Assembly (NCBI GenBank): GCA_000004985.1 | Contig: GG738864.1 | Reading direction: 5' to 3' (one strand) | Length of the DNA stretch: 64,000 nucleotides | Source of the DNA: Naegleria gruberi | Taxonomy: Eukaryota | Shown: one piece after another, positions 33,090 through 42,345 of the stretch | Layout: every line of letters starts with the position of its first letter | Position numbering within the stretch: position 1 is the stretch's first letter | Position numbers and translations under genes: made by a program | Notes under the pieces: model-generated | Told to the model about the DNA's origin: nothing | The model's input: the letters and a program-made list of their open reading frames with translations, nothing else | Database searches by the model: none

Positions 33090-34076
33090 TTAATGTTGCT
33101 TTTTGAAACAACCTTGACAATGTTCACAGTGGCATCTACAGTAACATATTTGTTCTGGCAATTTGAAAGAGCTTGGTGTCTCTTCATGAAGTTTCAATGG
33201 TTCTTCACATATCAACCTCATCAAGTCAAAATTTCGTTGTTGTCTTGTCAAAGTCTCTTCAATGAATGTTTGGAGGTGTGCAATCTTTCCATTCAATTCA
33301 GCAATCTGTTGTTGATGAAGCATTTCAGATAAAAGATGACTGTCTTTCAAGAAATTCATATCAATACTATGCTTCTCAATAGCTTCCATCTTTGCTTCCA
33401 ATTGTGAACACCTTTGTGCTGTATCAGCATCTTGCATTAGTGGAGAATGGGAATCACCAGTTTCTTGATACACCTTTTCTTCTGCCTTCTCTTCTTCAAT
33501 CGATACAATCAAAAGCTTCTTTTCAACTTCGGAACAGTACTCTACTTTATCTTGATCATTCATAATTACTCCATGAGCAGAAACAACATTCGAAAGTTGT
33601 TCTTGTTGATTTGAAGAATTCATCACATCTCTCAATTTCAGCAAGTCGCCACAATCTTGTTCCTTCTTCTTAGCATTGGTTATTGGTTTTATGAGAGCAA
33701 AGAGATCTTTCAACAACTTCTTCCAACTCTTTCCTTGCTTGGCAATTAAACACTCTCCAAAGATTGGCTTCTTTTCAAAATAACAATCAAAGGCAATTCT
33801 CATCTCTTCATCAGTAACTTGATCATTTGTAATTTCCTTCTTGAACTTCTTCCAGAAATGAAGGATAATCCTAAAAGCAACCAATTTGTTACTATTCAAA
33901 ATCTGATGGACAGAGTGCAATATTGTCTTTTCATTCTGCAAGTCAAAATCATTCAATTCCTTCGAGATGAATAACATGTGATGCACAATTTGGAACAATA
34001 GCAATCCAGAGTCCTTATTATATTTGGATTGGATTGTATTTTTCAATAGGATAACATTAGACGTTGTAGGGTTCAT
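33090..34076 (-). CDS. Hypothetical coiled-coil protein with a Cys/His-rich C-terminus (328 aa)
   Basis: True ATG at 34076. The C-terminus is CYCRCHCEHCQGCFKK. No family assigned. It sits head-to-head (about 180 bp) with the next gene. Confidence 0.45.
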   Translation of the reverse strand: MNPTTSNVILLKNTIQSKYNKDSGLLLFQIVHHMLFISKELNDFDLQNEKTILHSVHQILNSNKLVAFRIILHFWKKFKKEITNDQVTDEEMRIAFDCYFEKKPIFGECLIAKQGKSWKKLLKDLFALIKPITNAKKKEQDCGDLLKLRDVMNSSNQQEQLSNVVSAHGVIMNDQDKVEYCSEVEKKLLIVSIEEEKAEEKVYQETGDSHSPLMQDADTAQRCSQLEAKMEAIEKHSIDMNFLKDSHLLSEMLHQQQIAELNGKIAHLQTFIEETLTRQQRNFDLMRLICEEPLKLHEETPSSFKLPEQICYCRCHCEHCQGCFKKQH

Positions 34077-34256
34077 CCTCTTATTCTAATCCGTTTGGTT
34101 CGATCGAGAGAGAGAGAGGTAAGGCTTTTTTTTAAGGTTTTTTTCAAAGAGGAGGGAAAGTGTTCAATATTGAACCTCTCTGAGTGTGGTGATGATCACC
34201 TCCAGTTCAATAAATATGGAGCAGGCAAATTGTTCCTATATGGTAATACTGGTCCA

Positions 34257-35939
34257 ATGGAAGAATGGCTTTCTAATTTGAAAGAGTTAAACTTGAATTC
34301 TGATCAAATTTTGGCACTCGTAATGGAAAAGATTAGAGAGAAAACAAAGCTTGTTGAAGAGATGCAAAACGAAACTCTAAAGAGAACCAAGGAAATTGAA
34401 TGGTTGCACTCTGAGTTGGTAACACAAGACAAGAAGAGAAAGGCTGAAACAGCTCTTAAGAAAGAGCCAGTTGAATCTAAAAAGGTAAAGAAGGAAGCTC
34501 CAAGAGTGAAGGAAATTGCATGTGATGATATGACTACAAGGATTCTTGGATTTCTACCAGGCTTACAAGGTTTTAAGCTATTGTTGGTTTCAAAGCAATT
34601 CTTAAGGGCTGTTGAACAATTGAAATCCTACTATTATTGCGATGGAGATGATGTTACTTCATTTTCCGAATCAATATTCTTCAAACACTTAAATATTGTT
34701 GATATTGTGCCAGAAGGGATGCTAAACTTTGGAGAGATGCTAACAAAAGTAGACGAAATCAAAGAATTAAGATGCAAACCAAAGGGCAAATTTTATGCTT
34801 CTCTGTTTTCAAAAAAGTCAAGAATAGAGAAAATTGTAATTGAGGAGTCTTGTCATAGTGTTGAGCTAGATTCTTTCAATCTCTATAATCTACAAGAACT
34901 TAGTGTTCATTTCCTTGATGTAATCAGTAATATTTCAAAGTTTGTTAATAACACAACTCATTCTTTGAGAGTATTGAAAATTGACGCTGATGAGGGTATT
35001 GGTGGTAGTTTGTCTCCTATTGCTTCATTACCAGAATTAGAAGAACTATGTCTTACAAACATTGAAATTCTTCCCGAAACCAAATTATTTGATATTTTCA
35101 AATGTAAAACATTGAGAAAGTGCCAAATAAGTACCTGTTCTGGCACTGACATGGTTGAAATACCTATGATTAACCTTGAATGTCCAAACTTGGTGTCACT
35201 TAATTTAATATCAAAGTTAATGTTTTGTGATATTGTTTGTAACTTCAAAATGCCAAAGCTTGCAACTCTTAAATTATCAGGGGTTACCAGAAGAGGAGCT
35301 GTTTATCTTTCTAGTAATGAAAGTCTTACAAATCTCTGCAATGTTGAATTTTCTAATCCTAAAGACGAAACCTACCAACTAATGTTCCAGAATCAGAACT
35401 TGATCAGTCTAAAACAGCTCATTCTAAGAGCTCAGCAAGATACTGAAACACTTTCAGGCCTATTATTCCATCTCTCAAAACAAGAATCTCCATTTTCGCT
35501 TGAAAAATTGGTCATTGAGAAAAGAAAACCTTCTCTTGATGGTTTCGATGTATTTTGCTCCTCTGCCAAATTTACAAATCTCACCGAGCTTGTTATTTCT
35601 TTACCTAGCTTCATAAAGCAACTGATGCTCTTGGCTGAATGCAAACACTTTTCAAATTTGAGAAAACTCTATATTGGGAATCATATGGATGTTGGACTAG
35701 AAACTAATGAAATTGAAGAGGTTAAACGTATGGAATTCATTTCTCAATTAAGCAAAAATGAAACCTTCAAAAATCTCAAAAATCTCAAGTACTACATCTC
35801 TGATAACGACATTGTAATTTTAAAGAATTCTTCTGTCATTTCATTAAATGAACTCTGTATTGGTAGAAAAGATTTGCTAACATCATACGGATATAGACAT
35901 CTTTGTGAGTGGGGAATTTCATGGAAAATTTGTCAATAG
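34257..35939 (+). CDS. F-box-like / leucine-rich-repeat protein
   Basis: The track start at 34095 is TTG. The first in-frame ATG is at 34257 (MEEWLSNLKELNLNSDQ...). There is an F-box-like segment (MTTRILGFLPGLQGFKLLLVSKQFLRAVEQL) followed by LRR-like repeats (LRVLKIDADEG... LPELEELCLTNIEILPET...). Confidence 0.5.
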   Translation: MEEWLSNLKELNLNSDQILALVMEKIREKTKLVEEMQNETLKRTKEIEWLHSELVTQDKKRKAETALKKEPVESKKVKKEAPRVKEIACDDMTTRILGFLPGLQGFKLLLVSKQFLRAVEQLKSYYYCDGDDVTSFSESIFFKHLNIVDIVPEGMLNFGEMLTKVDEIKELRCKPKGKFYASLFSKKSRIEKIVIEESCHSVELDSFNLYNLQELSVHFLDVISNISKFVNNTTHSLRVLKIDADEGIGGSLSPIASLPELEELCLTNIEILPETKLFDIFKCKTLRKCQISTCSGTDMVEIPMINLECPNLVSLNLISKLMFCDIVCNFKMPKLATLKLSGVTRRGAVYLSSNESLTNLCNVEFSNPKDETYQLMFQNQNLISLKQLILRAQQDTETLSGLLFHLSKQESPFSLEKLVIEKRKPSLDGFDVFCSSAKFTNLTELVISLPSFIKQLMLLAECKHFSNLRKLYIGNHMDVGLETNEIEEVKRMEFISQLSKNETFKNLKNLKYYISDNDIVILKNSSVISLNELCIGRKDLLTSYGYRHLCEWGISWKICQ

Positions 35940-35981
35940 AAATTATCTAGTCCTTCTCTTTATCATGATCTGCATCAAAAA

Positions 35982-38111
35982 TCATTCATCCTCAATTATT
36001 TCCAAATAAACATTATCTTGAATTTCTTCCTCCTCAAAAATAAATATCAAATCTGTGAGTGATGCATTTCGTTGATATGACAATACTAAACTGGATTGTT
36101 TTTCCAATACACTCTCTTCAATAGCAAACACCTTAAATGTTTGGCTCTTGGTGTCAAAATAAAAACTATCCAAAAAAGAAAATCGACATGCAAATCCGTT
36201 AGCCTTCTCCCTGTATAGATTAGACCCGTCAACATAAAACTTGGTCAAATCGTCATTATATTTTGGTTGGATTTTCAAAAATATAAAAGCAGAAAAACGA
36301 ACAAGAGTCATTAAACACCTATTCATACCATGATCTCTTTTCCTTTTCAAAAAACTATTCGTTGAAAAGAATACATTATGAAAATGTCCAACAATCTCTA
36401 TTAGCGAAGATTTGTTGTAAGTATGATCCCCAGAATTACTCAATCTGCACAACATGGAGGATAAACATTTCCTTAAAAGATAAGGATACATTGAAGACAT
36501 GGATTGGCTGAAGAGCAAATCAAAGAAACGATCTGCCCACTCTTTCAAATGTTCCAGCTCTGTATCTAGAGATGTGACTCCTCTTTGAATTAATTCCTCT
36601 GCTATGGCAATCATCTTCTCAGCAGTTGGATCAAATTTAACTTCTCCATCACTTGAACTGATTAAATAGAGTAAATCTCGAAGAAGTGAATAGGCATACG
36701 TAGACTTGAAACTATTCTTTTTTTCTACAAGGTATTCCAATACTATTTCAAATATGGTCTCTATCAGGTCAAACTTTTGAGCAAGAAAATAAAATGGATT
36801 TGAAAATCGATTTCTCCTTCTCAGAAGGAAAAATCGCAGCAGTAAACAGCTCATGAAAACCATTTCTTCTGAGCATGTTTTCCTCAATTTTTCTTCATAT
36901 TTTGACTTTCCCTGAACAATTTCATCCATAAATTTCAACAAGTCGTTGGCCACTTCAAAATTCTGTATATGGTAGGATAGTAATTGGCTATTATCTTTTG
37001 GAAGAGTATGCAGTGCTCTTAGTTCTTTCAAAAGGAATCTTGTGGTTATATATTTACAATTTGAATCATCTCCATAAAGAGAATCCGGGTCCAATAAATA
37101 ATTGGTGATTTCCTTTGGAAGGTACTTTGAATCATGACAACTCAATGCAGCTGAAACAGTTACCCATTTGTAAATATCCACCACTTGATCAGTATTATGA
37201 GAAACATTCAATTGAATAAAATAAAAACTCTTTAGCAATCGCTCTCTTCCTGGCAGAGAGTTTCCCATCACCTGCAGAGCCATCTGTACACTCTCCATAA
37301 ACTCATTCCACAACAAGTGATGAGGACCAACATTCTTATTAATTAATGTACATAAAAATACTCCGCCCAAGCTCGAAATATCCTCATTCACTGAACTAGT
37401 ATTCCAATATCGTTGTTGTAATTTCATTTCCATATTTTGTGAAACATGCTCAATGAGAAGCAACTCTTTCGAATCCAAACATCCAATGCTCAATGAAAAG
37501 ACAAACAATTCCAATAAAATTCCATTCGCATCTTGCTCCAGTTTCTTATAGATTTGTGCCTTCTTTCCAATATCTGTCTTGCCAGACTTTCTCTCCCTCC
37601 GAGAGAGGAATTGTCTCAATACATGACTCATTATTGCATCCAAATCTTCCACAATTAATATCAAATATCGGGGATCCTTGTTTTCATCAACCTGCAAAGC
37701 CTGTTCAATTAATTCAATTCTAATTTTTTTCCTATTCTTTATACAGGTAAATAGAGAAATACAAATTTCACAAAGTTGCTGAATACATTTACTCTTTTTC
37801 AATGCAGAATTATTATAGGATGAATATGTTGATGTTTTGCTCTTGTTATTTTCATCAGAGTTGGAATTTGAATTTTTCAAAGCCTTCTTTTCAATGATCA
37901 GACGAATATTTTCCAAATGTTGGGAGATTTCCTTATAAAGTGATGATGACAATGATGATTGGTCATGTTGAGTGTTATTGTTGTTATTATTATTTACAAT
38001 ATGATGATCATTGTGATCTTTTAATATTCCGATAAGAGAGGAATTTAAAATTTCCAATTTTTTGAGTGATTGTTTTATGGAAAAATGTTGTTGCTGAGTA
38101 TTGTTCAACAT
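35982..38111 (-). CDS. Hypothetical protein (709 aa) with a poly-Asn tract
   Basis: The track start at 38144 is TTG. The first ATG is at 38111 (MLNNTQQQHF...). Mostly helical, no recognisable domain. Its stop codon is 42 bp from the stop of the convergent F-box/LRR gene. Confidence 0.5.
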   Translation of the reverse strand: MLNNTQQQHFSIKQSLKKLEILNSSLIGILKDHNDHHIVNNNNNNNTQHDQSSLSSSLYKEISQHLENIRLIIEKKALKNSNSNSDENNKSKTSTYSSYNNSALKKSKCIQQLCEICISLFTCIKNRKKIRIELIEQALQVDENKDPRYLILIVEDLDAIMSHVLRQFLSRRERKSGKTDIGKKAQIYKKLEQDANGILLELFVFSLSIGCLDSKELLLIEHVSQNMEMKLQQRYWNTSSVNEDISSLGGVFLCTLINKNVGPHHLLWNEFMESVQMALQVMGNSLPGRERLLKSFYFIQLNVSHNTDQVVDIYKWVTVSAALSCHDSKYLPKEITNYLLDPDSLYGDDSNCKYITTRFLLKELRALHTLPKDNSQLLSYHIQNFEVANDLLKFMDEIVQGKSKYEEKLRKTCSEEMVFMSCLLLRFFLLRRRNRFSNPFYFLAQKFDLIETIFEIVLEYLVEKKNSFKSTYAYSLLRDLLYLISSSDGEVKFDPTAEKMIAIAEELIQRGVTSLDTELEHLKEWADRFFDLLFSQSMSSMYPYLLRKCLSSMLCRLSNSGDHTYNKSSLIEIVGHFHNVFFSTNSFLKRKRDHGMNRCLMTLVRFSAFIFLKIQPKYNDDLTKFYVDGSNLYREKANGFACRFSFLDSFYFDTKSQTFKVFAIEESVLEKQSSLVLSYQRNASLTDLIFIFEEEEIQDNVYLEIIEDE

Positions 38112-38441
38112 TTTTTTTAAATGTTTAATAAAATCAAATATCAACTACTGTCTAATAATATTTAATATTCAATATTTAATCTAATAATAAATTAAATATT
38201 ATTAAAAAAAATTACAAAACACATTATTGAGGCAAACTGTCCATCACCATGAAATCTCTTGGCCATTTAAGCACCGTCCAAGAACCCTTAGGTTCACATT
38301 TTCAAGACCCATCTTCCTTCTTTCTCATTTCCAAACTTTACGCATAACGACAATTAATTATTAAATTGGCTCGGATCAGTCACGTAATGACCCATCCATG
38401 CATAATCTAGAAACAAGAAAAAACAAGTCCAGCACATCATT

Positions 38442-40655
38442 ATGCCTTTTCGTTCAAAGAATGTGTTTTTATTGGTGTTTCTGATCATGCTGAGTTGGTA
38501 CCTTCTAGTTGATACATCATTAGGCTCATCCGATTATAATATTAGTTATATAGATTGGAAAACATTGAAGAAAATTGATAGCAGTACTTTATCATCTTCA
38601 TCAATAATAGCAGCCGATAATTTTACGTCATTATTTGTATGGAATGATTTATTTCGGATGGTGCTGCAAAACAATACATTTGATACTATTGGATTGGAAT
38701 GGCTATTTAATTATGATGCCGAATTGAAATTCTTTACATTTGATACTACTCTGACTGTAGAAGTGATGAAGCAAATGATGGAGTTTATTGGAAGGGATGT
38801 AATGAGGAATTCATTCTATTCTCTACCTAAATTGTGGAAATTCAAGCAAATTCTAATGAATAAGAATACAGAATGTATCTATGGGAGTGTTTTTGAAGTA
38901 TTTGACATCATGATTGGAACTAATATTGAATTTGTTGAGAGGATACGGCTGAATAGAAATCATAGACAATTTAAGAAGAAATCTAGTGATTATCTCAACC
39001 CATCTGACTTTTATTCGATACCTCTATTTCCCAATAACTTTTGGATGTTGAATAGTCTAAATGGATTCAATAGCCAATACTATGAATCGATTGTTCAAAA
39101 ATTAGCAGAATCCCTTGCACTCAAATCATCATTCCAAAACTATACATCTTGCACTGATTCCTTAAAACATGATTCGATAGTATTGGAAAGACTTCATGGT
39201 GTAATGAATTTTACATCTACTCAACTAGAATGGTCTCTCAAATTCTCAAATATTTCCTCATCATCAGTTCCTCAAAATTTTACATTTTTACAACAAGCTA
39301 TGGAAGTATTTTACCAAAACAACCAGGATTATTTATTTTGGAACCAATCAAAAGTTCAACAATACTTGTGGACCTCATCATGTTTTCAATGCTCATCAGC
39401 AAATTGTGTTTCAGAGAGATGGGCTTGGGTTGACACTTTGGACATAACAGTTGTCTGTATGGCAGTACTGTACTACTTGGTTTTATTTGCAAGTGGAGCC
39501 TTTAGATCGCCTGTAATTTACAGAAAGTATCCTATTGTATTCTTTTGCCCTTTTATTGTAATGGGAATGTATTCTTCAATGGTGAACTCTTTCAATAATG
39601 GATGCATATCAGTTGGAGTTATTTTTACAGTCTACCTGGCAGCCTTACTGAATGTAATTTACATTTGTACCGTTGTTAGATACTACTATTTGAGAAACCT
39701 TTACAATATTATCAAGAATTCAAAACATCCAAAACTTTTCAAATATCTGTCTAGTGAGCTGGTTGGATTCGTATTCACTGTAATTTTCCCCATTCCAACA
39801 GCCTTTGTAGCCACTATTCCAATTTTCATTATAGTTCAAACCTATAATTCTCTGATAGTCAACACAACTAATAATGTGATTATAGTTTTATTTTGTGCCA
39901 TTTCATGCTTCGCTGGTGTATCCTTCTTTATTTATGAGGCTATTAGAAATAGAAAACTGATTGCCAAGTTTGGTTTGGGTAGATTCTTATTATTTGAAGA
40001 ACCTTATTACTTTAGAATTGATCTACTCGCACTAGGTTTGATGATATTATTGCTGATTTTATTGGCAATATTGTTTCTCGTTTTGCCAAACTCGATTGTG
40101 GCCATTCGCTTTGTTATTGGACTCACATTGTACATGTTAACTGGTGGAACATCTTTACTAATGCTATTTATTGAAAATGTAAGAAATGGAAATGTTGTCA
40201 AGCAAATCTCGTCTGAAACAAAACATTCCAATGCGGAATATATTGAAATAATCAAGAATAACAGTAATAAGGATTTGGTAGAACTTTTTAGGTTATATTC
40301 TGAAAAATCTCTTGCCTTGGAAAATATTTTACTCATGGATGAATTGGTTGGATTTAAGAGAAGATCAGAGAATATCAAAATTGAAGATTTGAAAAAAGTT
40401 CATGAAATGTATCTGACTGCTTACTCTGCTTATGAAGTCAATGTATCTTCAATAGCCAAATCAACTTTTGAAAAGGATTTGAGAGATGCAGAGGCTATTC
40501 AATCCCTCAAAGTTAGAAATGAGGTAGTGGATCAAATCATGAAGGAAGTGGAAATGAATCTAATATCAACATTTTCCAGATTCACAAGAACTAACGAGTT
40601 TAGACAATGGAGGGAAATTTACCAATTGCAAAAGGATCGAGTAGCTGTTATATAG
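38442..40655 (+). CDS. Seven-transmembrane receptor with a C-terminal RGS domain (7TM-RGS) and a large N-terminal ectodomain (737 aa)
   Basis: Signal peptide MPFRSKNVFLLVFLIMLSWYLLV. Ectodomain of about 310 aa with several Cys and N-glycosylation sequons. Seven hydrophobic helices between about 39440 and 40200. The C-terminal region ...FRLYSEKSLALENILLMDELVGFKRRSE...VHEMYLTAYSAYEVNVSSIAKSTFEKDL matches the RGS-domain signature (S-x-E-N-hhF...YL...S...VNh). Confidence 0.65.
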   Translation: MPFRSKNVFLLVFLIMLSWYLLVDTSLGSSDYNISYIDWKTLKKIDSSTLSSSSIIAADNFTSLFVWNDLFRMVLQNNTFDTIGLEWLFNYDAELKFFTFDTTLTVEVMKQMMEFIGRDVMRNSFYSLPKLWKFKQILMNKNTECIYGSVFEVFDIMIGTNIEFVERIRLNRNHRQFKKKSSDYLNPSDFYSIPLFPNNFWMLNSLNGFNSQYYESIVQKLAESLALKSSFQNYTSCTDSLKHDSIVLERLHGVMNFTSTQLEWSLKFSNISSSSVPQNFTFLQQAMEVFYQNNQDYLFWNQSKVQQYLWTSSCFQCSSANCVSERWAWVDTLDITVVCMAVLYYLVLFASGAFRSPVIYRKYPIVFFCPFIVMGMYSSMVNSFNNGCISVGVIFTVYLAALLNVIYICTVVRYYYLRNLYNIIKNSKHPKLFKYLSSELVGFVFTVIFPIPTAFVATIPIFIIVQTYNSLIVNTTNNVIIVLFCAISCFAGVSFFIYEAIRNRKLIAKFGLGRFLLFEEPYYFRIDLLALGLMILLLILLAILFLVLPNSIVAIRFVIGLTLYMLTGGTSLLMLFIENVRNGNVVKQISSETKHSNAEYIEIIKNNSNKDLVELFRLYSEKSLALENILLMDELVGFKRRSENIKIEDLKKVHEMYLTAYSAYEVNVSSIAKSTFEKDLRDAEAIQSLKVRNEVVDQIMKEVEMNLISTFSRFTRTNEFRQWREIYQLQKDRVAVI

Positions 40656-40697
40656 TTCTATATCCATAGATGTAGTTCAAATAGACATTACTACCTA

Positions 40698-41864
40698 TTA
40701 CTTTTCTATTTTTTGGAAAGAAATCAAATCCATCAAGTCATCTTTGTAAACGCTTTTGAGAGAGTCAAAGTTTTTCAAATTACCAAATAAAGAGTTTGGT
40801 AAATCGTCGTTGAAAAACATTTCCAGTGAAGAAGTAATGAAGAGTTTCAAACTAGAATTTGATAAGTGGATATTGGCAATGGCAATACATTTGAATTTTT
40901 CCGCTTGATCACTATTTGGAGTGTACTCTCTGTAAATGCATGTATTTTTGAGCTTTTTCAAAGATTGAATAATAAATCCCTGAATGCAACTCTTTTCGTA
41001 AAGTTCCATCTCTTTTGATGATGAAACAGAGAGTGATAAATTCTGAATATTTTCTAATGAAATATCGAGAGAGGTACTTGTTGTTTCCTTATTGGAATTT
41101 TCAAACATGCTAACACATTGATGAATTTGTTCCAATAATTTGGAAGAATTTGGAAAGAGAATGGTGTTGGTTTCTATTGTTGTTGTACTTGTACTAGTAG
41201 TTGCAGTCGTGTTGTTACCACCACTAGTTGTAGTAGTTCCACTAGATTCATTCTCAGTTTTAACAGTATACTTTACGAATTTTCTCCTCCTTTCATAAAT
41301 ATGATCTGATTCACTTTTCCAAATAATTTCAGAAAAATCCAAATCAACAATGGCTCTAAACATTGTTGGATCAATTTCCTCATTCATTGAATTACTATTA
41401 AAAAAGTCCAAGAACCACGTCTTTTCCAACAAGTACTTTAATCTAAAAAGTTTAACATCCAAACTATTAGAAACCAATGCCTCATCCAAACCTTCAAGTT
41501 CATGCAAGCCTCTCTTGCTCAGCAAGGATTTTTCATAGACTTGTTCCGACATTAACTTGATAAAGGCAGCCAACTCAGTCTCATTTAAAATCCTCACAGC
41601 ACTCTCTGAAATAATTATCTGATGAGAATGCATTGGAGGACATCTCTTGTTCAAACAAATGGCAATTAAATCCCGATGAACAAAATATTCCTCTCCTAAT
41701 TTAATAATAATTAATTGATTAAAAAGACAATCCTCCAACTTGTATGAATTTTTGTGTGATGGAGCAGAAGGAGGTAGAATTGAATTGATTGACGCTTCTT
41801 CTTGTTCTTCTGTTTCGCAGCTTTCATCTTGAATAATTTTTCGCTTGAATCGATTTGGCGGCAT
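40698..41864 (-). CDS. Hypothetical protein (388 aa) with a Thr/Ser-rich tract
   Basis: True ATG at 41864. No confident domain. A weak BTB-like N-terminal segment is possible. Confidence 0.4.
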   Translation of the reverse strand: MPPNRFKRKIIQDESCETEEQEEASINSILPPSAPSHKNSYKLEDCLFNQLIIIKLGEEYFVHRDLIAICLNKRCPPMHSHQIIISESAVRILNETELAAFIKLMSEQVYEKSLLSKRGLHELEGLDEALVSNSLDVKLFRLKYLLEKTWFLDFFNSNSMNEEIDPTMFRAIVDLDFSEIIWKSESDHIYERRRKFVKYTVKTENESSGTTTTSGGNNTTATTSTSTTTIETNTILFPNSSKLLEQIHQCVSMFENSNKETTSTSLDISLENIQNLSLSVSSSKEMELYEKSCIQGFIIQSLKKLKNTCIYREYTPNSDQAEKFKCIAIANIHLSNSSLKLFITSSLEMFFNDDLPNSLFGNLKNFDSLKSVYKDDLMDLISFQKIEK

Positions 41865-42345
41865 TTTTTAAAATTTAAAAATTAAATTTTCTCAAAGGTG
41901 TTTTCATTTCAGATCTGAAATCCATTGTTCTTTTTGAGATATTTGGGATAATAATTTTATTAAGGTTTATTTTGAAGAATTTAAAAAAATAAGGCGATTT
42001 GGAAAAAGTTCATCACCTGCCACCTTTCAAACTGACATTTCACATTTTTCACACCTTGACACCCATAATCTCAAAACCACCTCAAACCACAATTCCACAC
42101 ATTGTATACTTCAAAAAACATCCTTAAAGAACCTTCATCTCACTTCTCCTAAATTTTTTACTTTTCACTTTAAATTTCACAAGTCAACTTGTCACACGAC
42201 AATTTTGGAGTGACCTGACAGCGAAGAGAGCACTTTCATCATCTAAAAAAAAACTCTCGAAACCGCTACTTTATAACCTCCTCCACACCAGAAGAAGGTA
42301 AAAAAAAAACGGAATCGCCATCATACAACTACAATAACTATAACA

